DNA of 64,000 bases from Candidatus Eiseniibacteriota bacterium (GCA_963703225.1 OY969801.1:800001-864000), one strand, 5' to 3'; positions 51,916 to 62,601 are shown, numbered from the stretch's first letter. Translations and numbers: made by a program. The notes: a model not told the origin generated them from the sequence alone.

Positions 51916-52868
51916 GTTCGGTCTTGGGGGCGGACGGTTCTCTGACGCGCGTCGGCTACATCGATCTACCGGAGCACATCGGGCAGGGCGGTTTCGATCA
52001 CGCGGCGGTCGATCGAGGCCGCGCCCTGCTCTACGTGGCGCACACGGCCAACGATGCGGTGGACGTTGTCGACACGCGGGCGGGCACCTACGTGCGGTCC
52101 ATGATCGGCCTCAAGGAGGTCGCGGGGGCGGCGGTGGACGAGCCGTCGGGCTTGGTCTTTACCTCGAACCGCGGTGAAGATACGGTTGGCATCTACTCAC
52201 CCGATTCGGCTGGCACAATCGAAAAGGTCGCGGTCGGCCACAGGCCCAATGGTCTCGCCTATGATCCCGGCCGCGGAATCCTCCTTTCCGCAAACGTGGG
52301 GAACGCGAAAACCGGCCGCCCGCCCAGCGTCACCCTGGTGGATGTCCCCGCGCGGTCGGCGGTGGTGACGATCCCCATGCCGGGTCGAACCCGCTGGGCG
52401 ATCTTCGACCCCAACCGCGGGGTCTTCTTCGTCAACATCGCGGACCCGCCGCAGATCGTCGAGATCGATCCGCGGGCGTCCGGCGAGGTGTCGCGCGCTC
52501 TCGGCGTGCCTGCCCGCGGGCCCCATGGCCTGGATCTCGACTCGACACGGCAGCGTCTCTATTGCGCGTGTGATGATGGGACCCTGGTGAGCCTCAGCTC
52601 GCGATCGGGGGAGGTGCTCGATACTCTCAGCCTGAGCGGTGCGCCCGACGTCGTATTCCTGAATCGCGCGCTGGCGCACCTCTACGTGGCGATCGGCGAC
52701 CCCGGCGTCATCGACGTGATCGACGTCGCCTCGTGGAAGCGAGTAGACGTGGTCCCCACGGAGGCCGGCGCGCATACGATCGCGCTCGATGAAGGCGGGA
52801 ATCAGGTCTACGCCTTCCTGCCGCGGACGCACCGGGCGTCCGTTTTCACCACGCCACCTTCCCGCTGA
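51912..52868 (+). CDS. YncE-like beta-propeller protein
   Basis: GFDHAAVD, repeated P.GLA/PHGL blades, GAHT; GTGA overlap with the upstream gene. Confidence 0.8.
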   Translation: MSSVLGADGSLTRVGYIDLPEHIGQGGFDHAAVDRGRALLYVAHTANDAVDVVDTRAGTYVRSMIGLKEVAGAAVDEPSGLVFTSNRGEDTVGIYSPDSAGTIEKVAVGHRPNGLAYDPGRGILLSANVGNAKTGRPPSVTLVDVPARSAVVTIPMPGRTRWAIFDPNRGVFFVNIADPPQIVEIDPRASGEVSRALGVPARGPHGLDLDSTRQRLYCACDDGTLVSLSSRSGEVLDTLSLSGAPDVVFLNRALAHLYVAIGDPGVIDVIDVASWKRVDVVPTEAGAHTIALDEGGNQVYAFLPRTHRASVFTTPPSR

Positions 52869-54423
52869 CGCGAAACGGCGTCTCGCTCTCGGCGGGCGCC
52901 AAGATATGATCCAAATTCTCGATCGACGCCGTACCCACAACCGCCTCCACGCGCAGCCACCGCGCCGGCGAATAGATCGCCGCACCGCTCACGCGCGTCT
53001 CCTGCTCCGCCACGCCCTGAAAGGCTGAAGCATCCACTTCGCCGTCCGAGGGCTTCCAGGGATCGCTGACCTGGCCTTCACCCTTCTTTCGATATTCGCC
53101 GCGCACCTGAAACTCCCAATTCGCGCCCCACTCCAGCGCGACCTCGCCGGCGAGTAACTCGACGTCCGGGCCGAGAACAAACCCTGTGGGGAAGCCGTCG
53201 AACGAGAAATCGTGGTCGTGCCAGGCCGAGTAGACGTAATTGTGGACGCGGGAGTACTCGGCCGATACGCCGAGCGCGCCGCGTCCAGCCAATTCCCGCC
53301 GCCACTCGCCGCCTGCCTGGTACCCGATCATGTCGGGCTTGTAGTCGCTGCTGAACGAGTAGTCGTCCATGAGGAACTCGCCGTAGACGCGCCAGCCGGG
53401 GCGGACAACCCACGAGGCGTCGGCCGCCCAGAGCACGTTGTTCTTGGCGAAGAGGGCGCCGGTCGAGTCGCCGGGCAAGGAACCGGCGCTCTTCGGTCGC
53501 TTTTCCCAGAACGAATAGGGCACAAAGGGAATCAAATAGAGAGGTGCCTGGCTCGTGCCGTCGAACCGGGCCAGCTCCGTGGCTCCCACGGTGAGCCCGC
53601 CGCGCGCCTGCCACTCCAGCCGGTGTCCGGCCAAATAGGTCTCTTGGCCAGGGTCGAGCATCGCGACGAGCTGGTTGTAGCGGAACCGCCGAAACATGCC
53701 CAGCTCCACCCTCAGCATGTCGAGCGCGGGCGCGGCGTCGGAGAGCGCGAGCGTTCCGCTTTCGCCCGGTCCCCATCGCAGCCACGTGTGCCCGAAAAGG
53801 AACCGAAGGCGCGAGATGGGGAACTCGACGTAGGCCTCGTTCACGTACGAATTGAAGTCGACTCCTTGTACCAGCGAGTTGAAGTCGCCGAAGTCGGGAG
53901 TCCCACGTCCGCCCTGGGACGCCGTCCCCTCGTAGAGATCCACGACAAAGACGCCCGACGAGTCGAGCGCACCCGCCATGGAAGCGCCGACTCGATAGTC
54001 GCGGTTGATGTCGGGATTGTTCCGGGGATCGTCGGAGTAGAGGAGCGACACGTACGGCGAAATCTCGAGCCGCTCCCCATTGTCCTCGGCGTCACCGTCG
54101 CCTTTGGCCGAGATCAGCGGCCGCGTCGCGCCCTTCGCCTCTGGATCCAAATACCGCGCCGCGCGTTGAAACGCCGGATCGTCAGCGGCGCCCTCCCGCT
54201 CTTCGGCCAATCCGCGCAGGAACGCCAGCGCCTCCGCGCGCCGCAGCGGCCGGCTCGACAGGAATCGAGGCGCGACGCCGAACCGCGTGGCCAGTCTCTC
54301 GAGGTCGCGATAGACGGGGCTGTCGGTGGGGATCCGCTCTTGGGGCAAATAGGTCGCGCGGGCCGCGCCGGTGGCAACGAGAAGCGCGCTACCGACGATG
54401 ATCGCGACACAGAAGCGCTTCAT
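52846..54423 (-). CDS. Capsule assembly Wzi family protein
   Basis: Signal peptide, WGPGESGTLALSD.AP, AGHRLEW, YGEFLMDD, G.VLGPD. Confidence 0.82.
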   Translation of the reverse strand: MKRFCVAIIVGSALLVATGAARATYLPQERIPTDSPVYRDLERLATRFGVAPRFLSSRPLRRAEALAFLRGLAEEREGAADDPAFQRAARYLDPEAKGATRPLISAKGDGDAEDNGERLEISPYVSLLYSDDPRNNPDINRDYRVGASMAGALDSSGVFVVDLYEGTASQGGRGTPDFGDFNSLVQGVDFNSYVNEAYVEFPISRLRFLFGHTWLRWGPGESGTLALSDAAPALDMLRVELGMFRRFRYNQLVAMLDPGQETYLAGHRLEWQARGGLTVGATELARFDGTSQAPLYLIPFVPYSFWEKRPKSAGSLPGDSTGALFAKNNVLWAADASWVVRPGWRVYGEFLMDDYSFSSDYKPDMIGYQAGGEWRRELAGRGALGVSAEYSRVHNYVYSAWHDHDFSFDGFPTGFVLGPDVELLAGEVALEWGANWEFQVRGEYRKKGEGQVSDPWKPSDGEVDASAFQGVAEQETRVSGAAIYSPARWLRVEAVVGTASIENLDHILAPAESETPFRVSGKVAW

Positions 54424-54493
54424 CGCGGCGCAGGATAGCGGCTTCCTGTCGCGGAGTCCATCGTTGACCCCGACTTCCGAGCGTCGCTACTGC

Positions 54494-54841
54494 TTAGCCC
54501 AGCAGGCCTGAACTCACGAGGAGCCGCTGCGACCAAACGCCGGCTTCTTCCGCGACGCCGGTTAGGTCATCGGGCGAGGATGGGGGATGGGAGAGTCGAA
54601 TCGTCCACGAGCGGACTCGCTCGCCAAGCCGGGAGAGCTCCAACGCGAGATCAGAGTCTCTCGGCACGGCCGTGTGCTGAATAAACATCTCTGTTTCCTC
54701 GATGAGTCCGCGGACAATTTCGCGATGATCGGGATTCGATGAGAAGGAGCGAATCCGCGCGAGGTTGGCCGCGATACCTCCAACTTGCATGTCGAGGCGA
54801 TCGCTCAAGTACCGGTTCAGCCTTTCGGTCGAATTCTTCAT
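54494..54841 (-). CDS. Small helical protein, partner of DUF5674
   Basis: RYL.D....GGIAANLARI.SFS..WS..L..SGLL; ATGA overlap with the upstream gene. Confidence 0.75.
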   Translation of the reverse strand: MKNSTERLNRYLSDRLDMQVGGIAANLARIRSFSSNPDHREIVRGLIEETEMFIQHTAVPRDSDLALELSRLGERVRSWTIRLSHPPSSPDDLTGVAEEAGVWSQRLLVSSGLLG

Positions 54842-55176
54842 ATCCCGCCTAGTATGCGCCTGGTAACCTTGTCGACGCGCGCCCGGATCGCGGCGCTTTG
54901 AATCTCGACTGACGGGTTTGCTTGGCGCGGCCTGATGTTTATCAGGGAGTGGTACCTGACTTCCTGGGTCGAAGGCACCCAATCAGCACCCCAAATGTCT
55001 TCTTGGTTGCTGCCGGCCTTGAGCAAGGCCGCCTCGCAGTCGGCATGCATGATGCCCCCACCCGCGACAACCTCTCGCCGAATGTCGACCGCTACCTTGA
55101 CATAGTCCTCGAGCGCATGGAGCATCTCGTCGAGTTGTTGCCGTGTGGGTTGAGCGCGCAGCACATGCACCGTCAC
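54838..55176 (-). CDS. DUF5674 family protein
   Basis: YVKVAVDI..VVAGGG.MHADCE..LL..GS.QEDIWGADW, SLINIRPRQ.N.S.EIQ; GTG start at 55176. Confidence 0.82.
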   Translation of the reverse strand: MTVHVLRAQPTRQQLDEMLHALEDYVKVAVDIRREVVAGGGIMHADCEAALLKAGSNQEDIWGADWVPSTQEVRYHSLINIRPRQANPSVEIQSAAIRARVDKVTRRILGGI

Positions 55177-55178
55177 CC

Positions 55179-56706
55179 CTACTCCCCCGTCGCCCGCTCC
55201 CAAGCCAGCCGCAAGTCTCCGCGCTTGATCCGCGCCGCGCGCTCGAGATGCCCGAGCGCGCTGCCGGTTCCCATCACCAGCTCCCGGTCCTTCTTGGGCA
55301 CGCTGCCGGCGTACTTTCTCATTCGCCGCCAGAGCGCCACCGCGTCGCGGTGGTCTCCAAGGAAGTCTTGCAGGGTCGCGATCCGCCGGGCGCGTCGGAC
55401 CGCGCCGTGGCCCTCGATGTCCGTGAAATACTCGATCGCGTACCGCGCCTTCTTCGCCGCGATCCGAAGCGTGTGGAGGTCCTCGATCTCCATCGAGCGC
55501 TCGGCCTTCTCGTAGGCTTCGCGCATCGCGTCGTTCCATTGGGCGACGATCCGGGACGCGACCGCGTACCCTGGCATCCCCCCCTCGGCCACCGTCGAAG
55601 CTGGGGGCGGACCCGCGTCCACCCATCCGCGGGCGCGGGCGGCAAACGCTCCAAAGCGCTCCGAGTCGAGGCGCTCGACCAGTCGGCGGCGCCGCTCGGC
55701 GCGCCTCACCGAGAGCCCCTGCGCGAATATCTGGAGCGCGGGACGCTCGTGCGAGGTCCCATCGGCTATGAGCGCCGCGACGTGCGTCAGCGCGACATCC
55801 AGATCCCGCACCCGGCCGAGCGCGCGGCCGATCCAGCGAAGCTCGCCCTCCAGCTCCTCCCGGAGCGCTTGGGGGTAGCCGTCCGCGAGGACGACGAGCG
55901 CGGTCCGAAGCCGCCTGCAGGCCACCCGCATGTCGTGGACGTACGTCGGGGTCGACGCCGAGTCGCGTCCCTGGCTCGTTCCAGAAGAGCCGCCCCAAAT
56001 GGCGGCCAAAGGACTTGTGGGCTACGTCGAGGAGACGGTCGGCGTGGTTCAGCGCGAACGCGCGCTCGTCCCGCTCCGGGAGCCGCTCGCCCATCGCGGA
56101 GAGCGCGGCCGAGAGCTTGGTCTCGACCGTTTGCGCGAGGCCGAGCTGCTCCTCCACCGCGCGCCGCACCTGGCCCAGCGCCTCGTAGGCGCCGTTCTGA
56201 AGCTCGAGCTCCACCTCGCGGAACGTCGCGGGTGGCGCGCTCACGTGGTCGACCGTGAGCGAGCCGAGCAGCGTCTCCCCGCGGAGCCAGCGGAAGCACT
56301 CGCGGTCGTTTCGGACGCGGGCGCGAACCAGGAGTCTCTCGATCGCGTGGAGCCCCGCGAGCGGGTGGAGCAATCCCGCCACTGGACCGGGCTCGAGCGC
56401 GGTCCAGGGCGGATCGCCGTTGGGCGCGTCCTGGGCCCATTCCTCCCGCACCAGCGCCTTCTCGTCGGCCGACCGGAGCGATTTCGCCTCCAGCCGGAGC
56501 CGTGTCCCTTCGGAGCGTAGCCGAAGCGCGATCCCGGCGCGGAAGAGCGTCCAATTCTCGGTGTCGAGGTAGCGGTCCTCGTGGACGACGGTGCCGCTCG
56601 GCTCCAGATGAAATCCGGCCGATTCCACAGCCGCGCGCACGGTGGCGGGGTCGCGCCCCTCGGGCAATCGAAACTTGATCTCGCGCTCGATCATGGCGAT
56701 ATCCAT
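55179..56706 (-). CDS. CYTH plus CHAD domain protein, frameshift near 55950
   Basis: EREIKF, DRYLDT, LRLR, EVELEL; VHDMRVACRRLR, RDLDV, LHTLRIAAKKARY, QDFLGDHRD. Confidence 0.92.
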
Positions 56707-57212
56707 CACGAATCGGCGATCCGCCGGAGCGCGCCCGGCTGGAGCAGCCATTCCAGGAATCCAAGCCCCGGCGCGGGCTCGGAGGGGAATCGCAGCAACG
56801 CGGCGGCGCCCTTCCGGAATACGAGCGAAGCTGAGTGGTGCGGGCCGCAGAGGAGGTACGAGGCGAATCCGCTCAGGTGTGGCTCGTGCCCCACGACCGC
56901 GACCGACTTCACGCCGAGCGCGGCCACCGCCCCCAGCGCGTCTCCATAATCGGCGTCCGGCTTGAGGCGAGGGGTGTGCTCGATCTCCAAATGCGGCTGC
57001 ACGGCGTCGCGAAGAATCTCAGCCGTCTGGCGGGCTCGCAGGAGCGGGCTCGAGAGGATCCGGTCGGGGCGCACGTCGAGTTTTTCCAAGCCCTTCGCGG
57101 CGAGGCGGAACTTGTGAATTCCCTCAGGGGTCAGCGGGCGATCGTCGTCCCACGGGTAGGCAGGATCGCCGCGCTCGACGGCGATGGCGTGACGCACGAT
57201 ATAGAGATCCAC
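56706..57212 (-). CDS. sixA: Phosphohistidine phosphatase SixA
   Basis: YIVRHA, RPLT.EG, SSPLLRARQTA, VGHEP. Confidence 0.9.
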   Translation of the reverse strand: MDLYIVRHAIAVERGDPAYPWDDDRPLTPEGIHKFRLAAKGLEKLDVRPDRILSSPLLRARQTAEILRDAVQPHLEIEHTPRLKPDADYGDALGAVAALGVKSVAVVGHEPHLSGFASYLLCGPHHSASLVFRKGAAALLRFPSEPAPGLGFLEWLLQPGALRRIADS

Positions 57213-57364
57213 GCTTCCCCCGGGAACCGACTGGCGTAGCGAGACTTGCAGCGAGGCTGGCCCTGGCGCAGCCCTTATATTGTCTCACTCCTATGCCGGG
57301 CGGTCAACCGCAGCCCGGCTCCCTCCCTTGACGGCCCGGCCTCGGGCGAGCGAAGATGGCCCTA

Positions 57365-59011
57365 ATGGCTTCACCGACAAAGACTTCCTTTCCCATCCGC
57401 TGCGCCGGCATGGACGTCGGCTCGAACGCCCTACGGCTGGCCATCGCGGAATTCAGAAGCCCCACCGAATACGAGGTCCTCGACCGGGTGCGTGCCCCGG
57501 TCCGGCTCGGGGAGTCGGTTTTCAAGAGCCAGCGGATCGACCCGGCCACCATGGAGGCGGCGCTCGACGCGTTCCGCACGTTCCGCCGGAAGATGGAGCA
57601 GCACGGCGTGGTGGTCCATCGCGCCGTCGCGACCAGCGCGACGCGCGAGGCGAAGAACCGCGCCGCGTTTCTGGAGCGGGTCCGGAGCGAGACCGGTCTC
57701 GATCTCGAGCTGATCCAGGGGACAGAGGAGGCGCGGCTCGTCGCGCTGGGCGTGAAGAGCCGCCTCTCCTTGGAGCGCGGGCTCTCGATGATCCTTGACG
57801 TGGGGGGCGGGTCGAGCGAGATCGCGCTCGTCGGGCACGGAGAGATCCTGATCGTGGAGTCGCACGACGTGGGCGGGGTGCGGCTCCTCGAGCGGGCCGG
57901 CAAAGGACCGCCCGAGAAACTGTTCAAGCTGATCCAGGCCACCCTGCGCTCGTCGCGGTTTCCGATCCTCGACTACTTCAAGCGCCGGCGGCTGAATCGG
58001 CTGATCGGAACGGGCGGAAACATCGAAACGCTCGCGCTCCTGACCTCGGCCAATGGACACGCCCGCGCGAACGGGGACGAGCGTCCGGTGGCCAAGGTCA
58101 CGCTCCCCCGGCTTCGGAAATTCCTCCATCAGCTCACCAAGCTCTCGCCCGCCGAGCGGGCGTCCCGCTTCGACCTCCGTCCGGATCGCGCCGACGTGAT
58201 CGTGCCGGCGGGGGCGATCTTCGAGTACGTGGCCACGCGGGTGCGCGCCCGCGAGATCTGGGTGCCGTTCGTGGGGCTCGTGGACGGGGTGCTGATCGAC
58301 GTGGCGCAGGCCGCGGGCACGGAGGGAATGAAGCAACTCGAGGTTTCCCAGACGCGAAACGCGGCGGTCGCGATCATGCACAAGTACGACCCCGAGCCAA
58401 GGCACGCGCAGCGGGTGAGCGCGCTCGCGGTGTCGCTCTTCGACCAGCTGAAGCCGATGCACGGGATGGGGAAGCGCGACCGGCTCCTGTTGGAGCTGGC
58501 GGCGCTCCTCCACGAGGTGGGGAACTTCATCGGACCGAACGGCCACCATCGCCACTCGCTCTACATCATCGCGCAGACCCCGATCCTCGGGCTGGGCGAC
58601 GACGAGCTGATGGTGGTGGCGAACGTCGCCCGCTATCACCGGAAGGCGCCGCCCGACATGAGCCACGAGTACTACCGCGATCTCTCGGAGGGCGACCGCG
58701 AGCGGGTCCGCGCCCTCGCGGCCATCCTCCGTGTCGCCGACGCGCTCGACCATGACCACCGGCAGCAGGTGACCGCGGTGCGCGCCAAGCAGCGGGGCTC
58801 CGAGCTGAGGCTCAAGGTGAAGACCCGCGGGGACGTGACCCTGGACGAGTGGTCGGTGGGCGACAAGGGCGATCTCTTCCAGGACGAGTTCGGCCTCAAG
58901 CCCGTGGTCGCGCGCCGGTGGCTGACGCGCTTCCGGTCATCTCGGTCATCGACGTCGGCGCGAGCGGGATCCGCATGCTCCTCGCCGAGCTTCGCCCGGG
59001 CGGCGAGTTGA
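57365..59011 (+). CDS. ppx: Ppx/GppA phosphatase 1 with HD domain (true end probably near 58926)
   Basis: MDVGSNALR, VATSATRE, GTEEAR, DVGGGSSE, RADVI, LLHEVG, YHRK. Confidence 0.93.
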   Translation: MASPTKTSFPIRCAGMDVGSNALRLAIAEFRSPTEYEVLDRVRAPVRLGESVFKSQRIDPATMEAALDAFRTFRRKMEQHGVVVHRAVATSATREAKNRAAFLERVRSETGLDLELIQGTEEARLVALGVKSRLSLERGLSMILDVGGGSSEIALVGHGEILIVESHDVGGVRLLERAGKGPPEKLFKLIQATLRSSRFPILDYFKRRRLNRLIGTGGNIETLALLTSANGHARANGDERPVAKVTLPRLRKFLHQLTKLSPAERASRFDLRPDRADVIVPAGAIFEYVATRVRAREIWVPFVGLVDGVLIDVAQAAGTEGMKQLEVSQTRNAAVAIMHKYDPEPRHAQRVSALAVSLFDQLKPMHGMGKRDRLLLELAALLHEVGNFIGPNGHHRHSLYIIAQTPILGLGDDELMVVANVARYHRKAPPDMSHEYYRDLSEGDRERVRALAAILRVADALDHDHRQQVTAVRAKQRGSELRLKVKTRGDVTLDEWSVGDKGDLFQDEFGLKPVVARRWLTRFRSSRSSTSARAGSACSSPSFARAAS

Positions 59012-60476
59012 AGACGCTGGAGCAGCTCGAGCGGCCGCTCGCGCTGGGACGCGAGACGTTTCGCACCGGGACGCTCTCGGCGGGGAGCATCCAGAAGGCG
59101 GTGAACGTGCTCCGCCAGTACCGCGCGCTGATGGACACCTACGGCGTGACCCACACGCGCGCGGTCGCGACGAGCGCGGTGCGCGCGGCGCTGAACCGCG
59201 ACACGTTCGTCGACCGCGTCTTCCTGGCCACCGGGATCGAGATCGAGGTGATCGAGGGATCGCAGGAGACGCTGCTCACCTTCGCCGCGGTCCAGCGGGC
59301 TCTGGGAGAGCATCCGGAGGTGGGGGCGGGCGAATCGCTGATGTTCGAGCTGGGCGGCGGCGCGACCGAGTGGGCGTTGATGCGAGACGGCGAGGTGGTC
59401 GCGTCGGTGACCCACGACCTGGGCACCGTCAGGATGCGGGAGCTGCTCCGCACCGGCGAAACGGAGCGCCGCGCCAAGACGCGGCTCATCCAGCACAACG
59501 TACGCGAGATGATGAACGCGATCCGGCGCGCGCTCCCGTTCAAGGAGGTCTCGAACCTGATCGCGGTGGGCTCGGAGGCGCGCTTCGCGGCCCGCGCGCT
59601 GGCCGACCCCGAGAAGAAGAACGGCTCGGAGAACGACACCTTGGGCGCGGTGAGCGCGAAAGACTTGAAGAAGCTGGCCGACCAGATCCTTCCGATGACG
59701 CCCGATCAGGTCGCCTCCCAGTTCGGAGTGGCCGCGGGAGAGGCCGAGTCGCTGGCGCCGGCGCTCCTCGCCTACGCGGAGCTGATCCGGCTCAATCAGG
59801 TGGAGCGCCTCCTCGTCCCGCGGGTCAGCATGCGGGACGGGCTCGTGCTCCAGATGGCCAAGTCGATCCAGAGCGGCTCGAGCGTCTTCTTCCCGGAGCA
59901 GACGATCGCCGCGGCGATCAATCTCGCGCGGAAATATCAGGCCGACGAGAAGCACGGGACCGCCACCGCCGCGCTCGGCCGGAGTCGATCTTTGAGGCGA
60001 CGCGGGCGCAGCACCGGATGGGTGAGCGCGAGCTTCTGCTCCTGGAAGTGGCGTCGATCGTCCACGACATCGGCGGTTTCGTCGCGGCGCGCGGCCATCA
60101 CCGCCACGCCTACTATCTCCTGACCAATTCGGAAATCTTCGGGCTCTCCGGCGTCGATCTGGAAATCGTCGCGAACCTCGCGCGCTACCACCGTCGGGGC
60201 GGCCCGCAGTCGGATCATCCCGCGTACGCGTCGCTCCCGCGCCCGGCGCGGCTCACCGTGAATCGCCTCTCCGCCATCCTCCGCGTCGCCGACGCGCTCG
60301 ACAAGGGGCACAACCAGCGCATCCGCGACCCCAAGATCAGCGTGGTGGGCGATGAGCTTCGGATCGAGGTCGAGGGGGCGGAGGACCTCGCGCTCGAGCG
60401 TTTGGCGCTCGACCAGAAGGGGGGTCTCTTCGAGGAGGTCTTCGGCCTCAAACCGGTCCTGGTCGAGGTCGCGTGA
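58918..60476 (+). CDS. ppx: Ppx/GppA phosphatase 2 with HD domain, frameshift near 59975
   Basis: IDVGASGIR, VATSAVR, ELGGGATE, HDIG, HHRH.YY, ARYHR. Confidence 0.9.
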
Positions 60477-62577
60477 GCGAGCCGCGATTTCTCAATCGGT
60501 CCCTCACCTGGCTCGGATTCAACGGGAGGGTGCTGGAAGAGGCACAGGACGATTCGAACCCGGTGCTCGAGCGGGCGCGCTTTCTTGGCATCTTCGCCTC
60601 GAACCTCGACGAGTTCTTCATGATCCGGGTGGCCGGGATCCGCGAGCTGGTCCGCGCCGGCGTGGAGCACCAGGAGCCCGACGGGAGCACGCCCGCGGAG
60701 CTTCTCTGACCAAGATCGCCGTCAAGGCGCGCGAGCTGGGCGCGGCGGCGGCTGCGCTCTACGCGAAGCGAGATCGCCCCGGCGCTCCGTGAAGGGGGCG
60801 TTCGCTTTCGTCACCCCGGTCGGACCTCGAGCCGCGGGAGCGCGCCTTTCTCGACCGGCTCTTCGCGTCGGAGATCTTTCCCGGTCCTGACCCCGGCCGC
60901 GATCGATCCGGCCCTGCCGTTTCCGCACGTGACGAACCTCGCTCTCTATCTGGCCGTCCGTCTGGAGCGAAACGGCGATGATTCGAAGCTCGCCATCGTC
61001 CAGCTTCCCCGCACCGCCGCGCGGTGGATCCAGGTGGCGGGTAAGGACGAGGTCCGCTTCGTGCTTCTGGAGGAGGTGGTTCGGGAGCGGATCGGCGAGC
61101 TGTTCGAGGGGCACGCGGTGGCCGAGGCGGTCGCGTTTCGGGTGACGCGGGACGCCGACTTCGCGACCGACGATCAGGAGGCCGAGGATCTGGTCGACGC
61201 GGTCCGTCAGGTTCTGCGAGAGCCGGCTGCGGGGCGATCCGGTCCGGCTGGAGGTGGAGGAGGGCGCGAGCGCGGGGCTGGTGGATCGGCTCGCGGGAGC
61301 GCTGGGGCTGACCGAGGACGAGGTCTATCGGTTGCCCGCGCCCGCTCGATCTCAAATTTCTCACCGACTTCGCCCGGCATCCCGTCGCTTCCGGCGCCGC
61401 GCGCGACCCCGTGGCCGCCCCAGCCGCGGCCCGACATTCCGCCGGGGGACGCGATCTGGGAGCGCGATCGCCGAGCGGGACATCCTTCTCTTTCACCCGT
61501 ACGAGAGCTTCGAGCCGGTACTCCGGATCGCTCCGCCTCGCGGCGGAGGACCCCGCGGTGTTGGCGATCAAGCAGACGCTCTACCGGACTTCGTCCGGGT
61601 CGGAGGTCGTGCGCGCGCTGGAGCGGGCGGCGGAGAACGGGAAGCAGGTGACGGTGCTGGTCGAGCTTCAGGCGCGCTTCGACGAGGAGCGGAACGTGAC
61701 CTGGGCCCGGCGACTCGAAGACGCGGGGGCGCAGGTCCTCTACGGGCTCGCGGGGCTGAAGACCCACGCCAAAGCGCTCCTGATCGTGCGGCGCGGTGCC
61801 GGCGGGATCGAGCGGTACGCCCACGTCGGCACGGGGAATTACAACGAGCGGACGGTGCTCGATTACTCCGATTTGAGTCTCTTGACCGCCGACGAGGACC
61901 TCTGCGTCGATCTGACGGCCTTCTTCAACGTCGTGACCGGCTACTCCGAGCCGCTCCCCTGGAGGCGGATCGCGATGGCCCCGCTGGGTCTCAGGCAGCG
62001 CCTCCTCGGCCTGATCCGGCGCGAGGTGGAGAAGTCGACCGCCGAGGAGCCGGGGCAGATCCGTGCGAAGATGAACTCGCTCGTCGACGTCGCGCTCATC
62101 GAGGCGCTGTACGCGGCGTCCTCGGAAGGAGTAAAGATCGACCTGAACGTCCGCGGCTCCTGCCTGCTCCGTCCCGGCGTGAAGGGGATGAGCGAGAACA
62201 TCCGCGTGGTGACGATCGTCGATCGCTTTCTGGAGCACAGCCGGATCTTCGAGTTTCGAAACGGCGGGGACACCGAGGTATTCATCGGAAGCGCCGATTG
62301 GATGCCGCGAAATCTGGACCGCCGCGTGGAGCTGGTGGTGCCGATCGTGGACGTGGAGCACCGCGCCCGCCTCAGCCGGGTCCTCGACACGTTCTTTGCC
62401 GACAATGTGAAGGCGCGGGAGTTGCGACAGGACGGAACGCTGGTGAAGCGGGATGGCCGAAAGCGGGCGGTCCGAGCCCAGGAGGTTTTCTGGGAAGAAG
62501 CGCGCGAGAGGGCGGCGCGGCCGCCCGATCCGGAGCGCGCAGCGTTTCAACCGGTTCGGAGGCCGTCGCACGGGTAG
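60473..62577 (+). CDS. ppk1: Polyphosphate kinase 1, multiple frameshifts at 60700-61540
   Basis: FLNRSLTWL.FN.RVL, NLDEFFMIRVAG, HPYESF, IKQTLYR, ARFDE, KTHAK, GTGNYN, FLEHSRI, GSADWMPRNLDRRVE. Confidence 0.95.
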
Positions 62578-62601
62578 CGGTCCGAGCCAAGGAGGGCGAA
62601 C

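Noticed and set aside
54424..54493. Displaced CHAD-gene tail after the DUF5674 pair
   Set aside because: Looked for a fourth 3'-end duplication and found no similarity.
54838..56751. 637-aa CYTH-DUF5674 fusion in the ORF track
   Set aside because: Artefact of the frameshift near 55950; the middle is the out-of-frame CHAD region and DUF5674 has its own GTG start.
58918..59011. Long overlap of ppx1 with ppx2
   Set aside because: Both paralogues end around FGLKPV; one indel near 58915 would put the ppx1 stop at about 58926.
600..61560. Numerous frameshifts as pseudogenes or programmed frameshifting
   Set aside because: Indels are scattered over unrelated genes (wecB, ppk1, kinase, wza), often at short homopolymers, with motifs intact. 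This best fits sequencing error; read polishing would decide.
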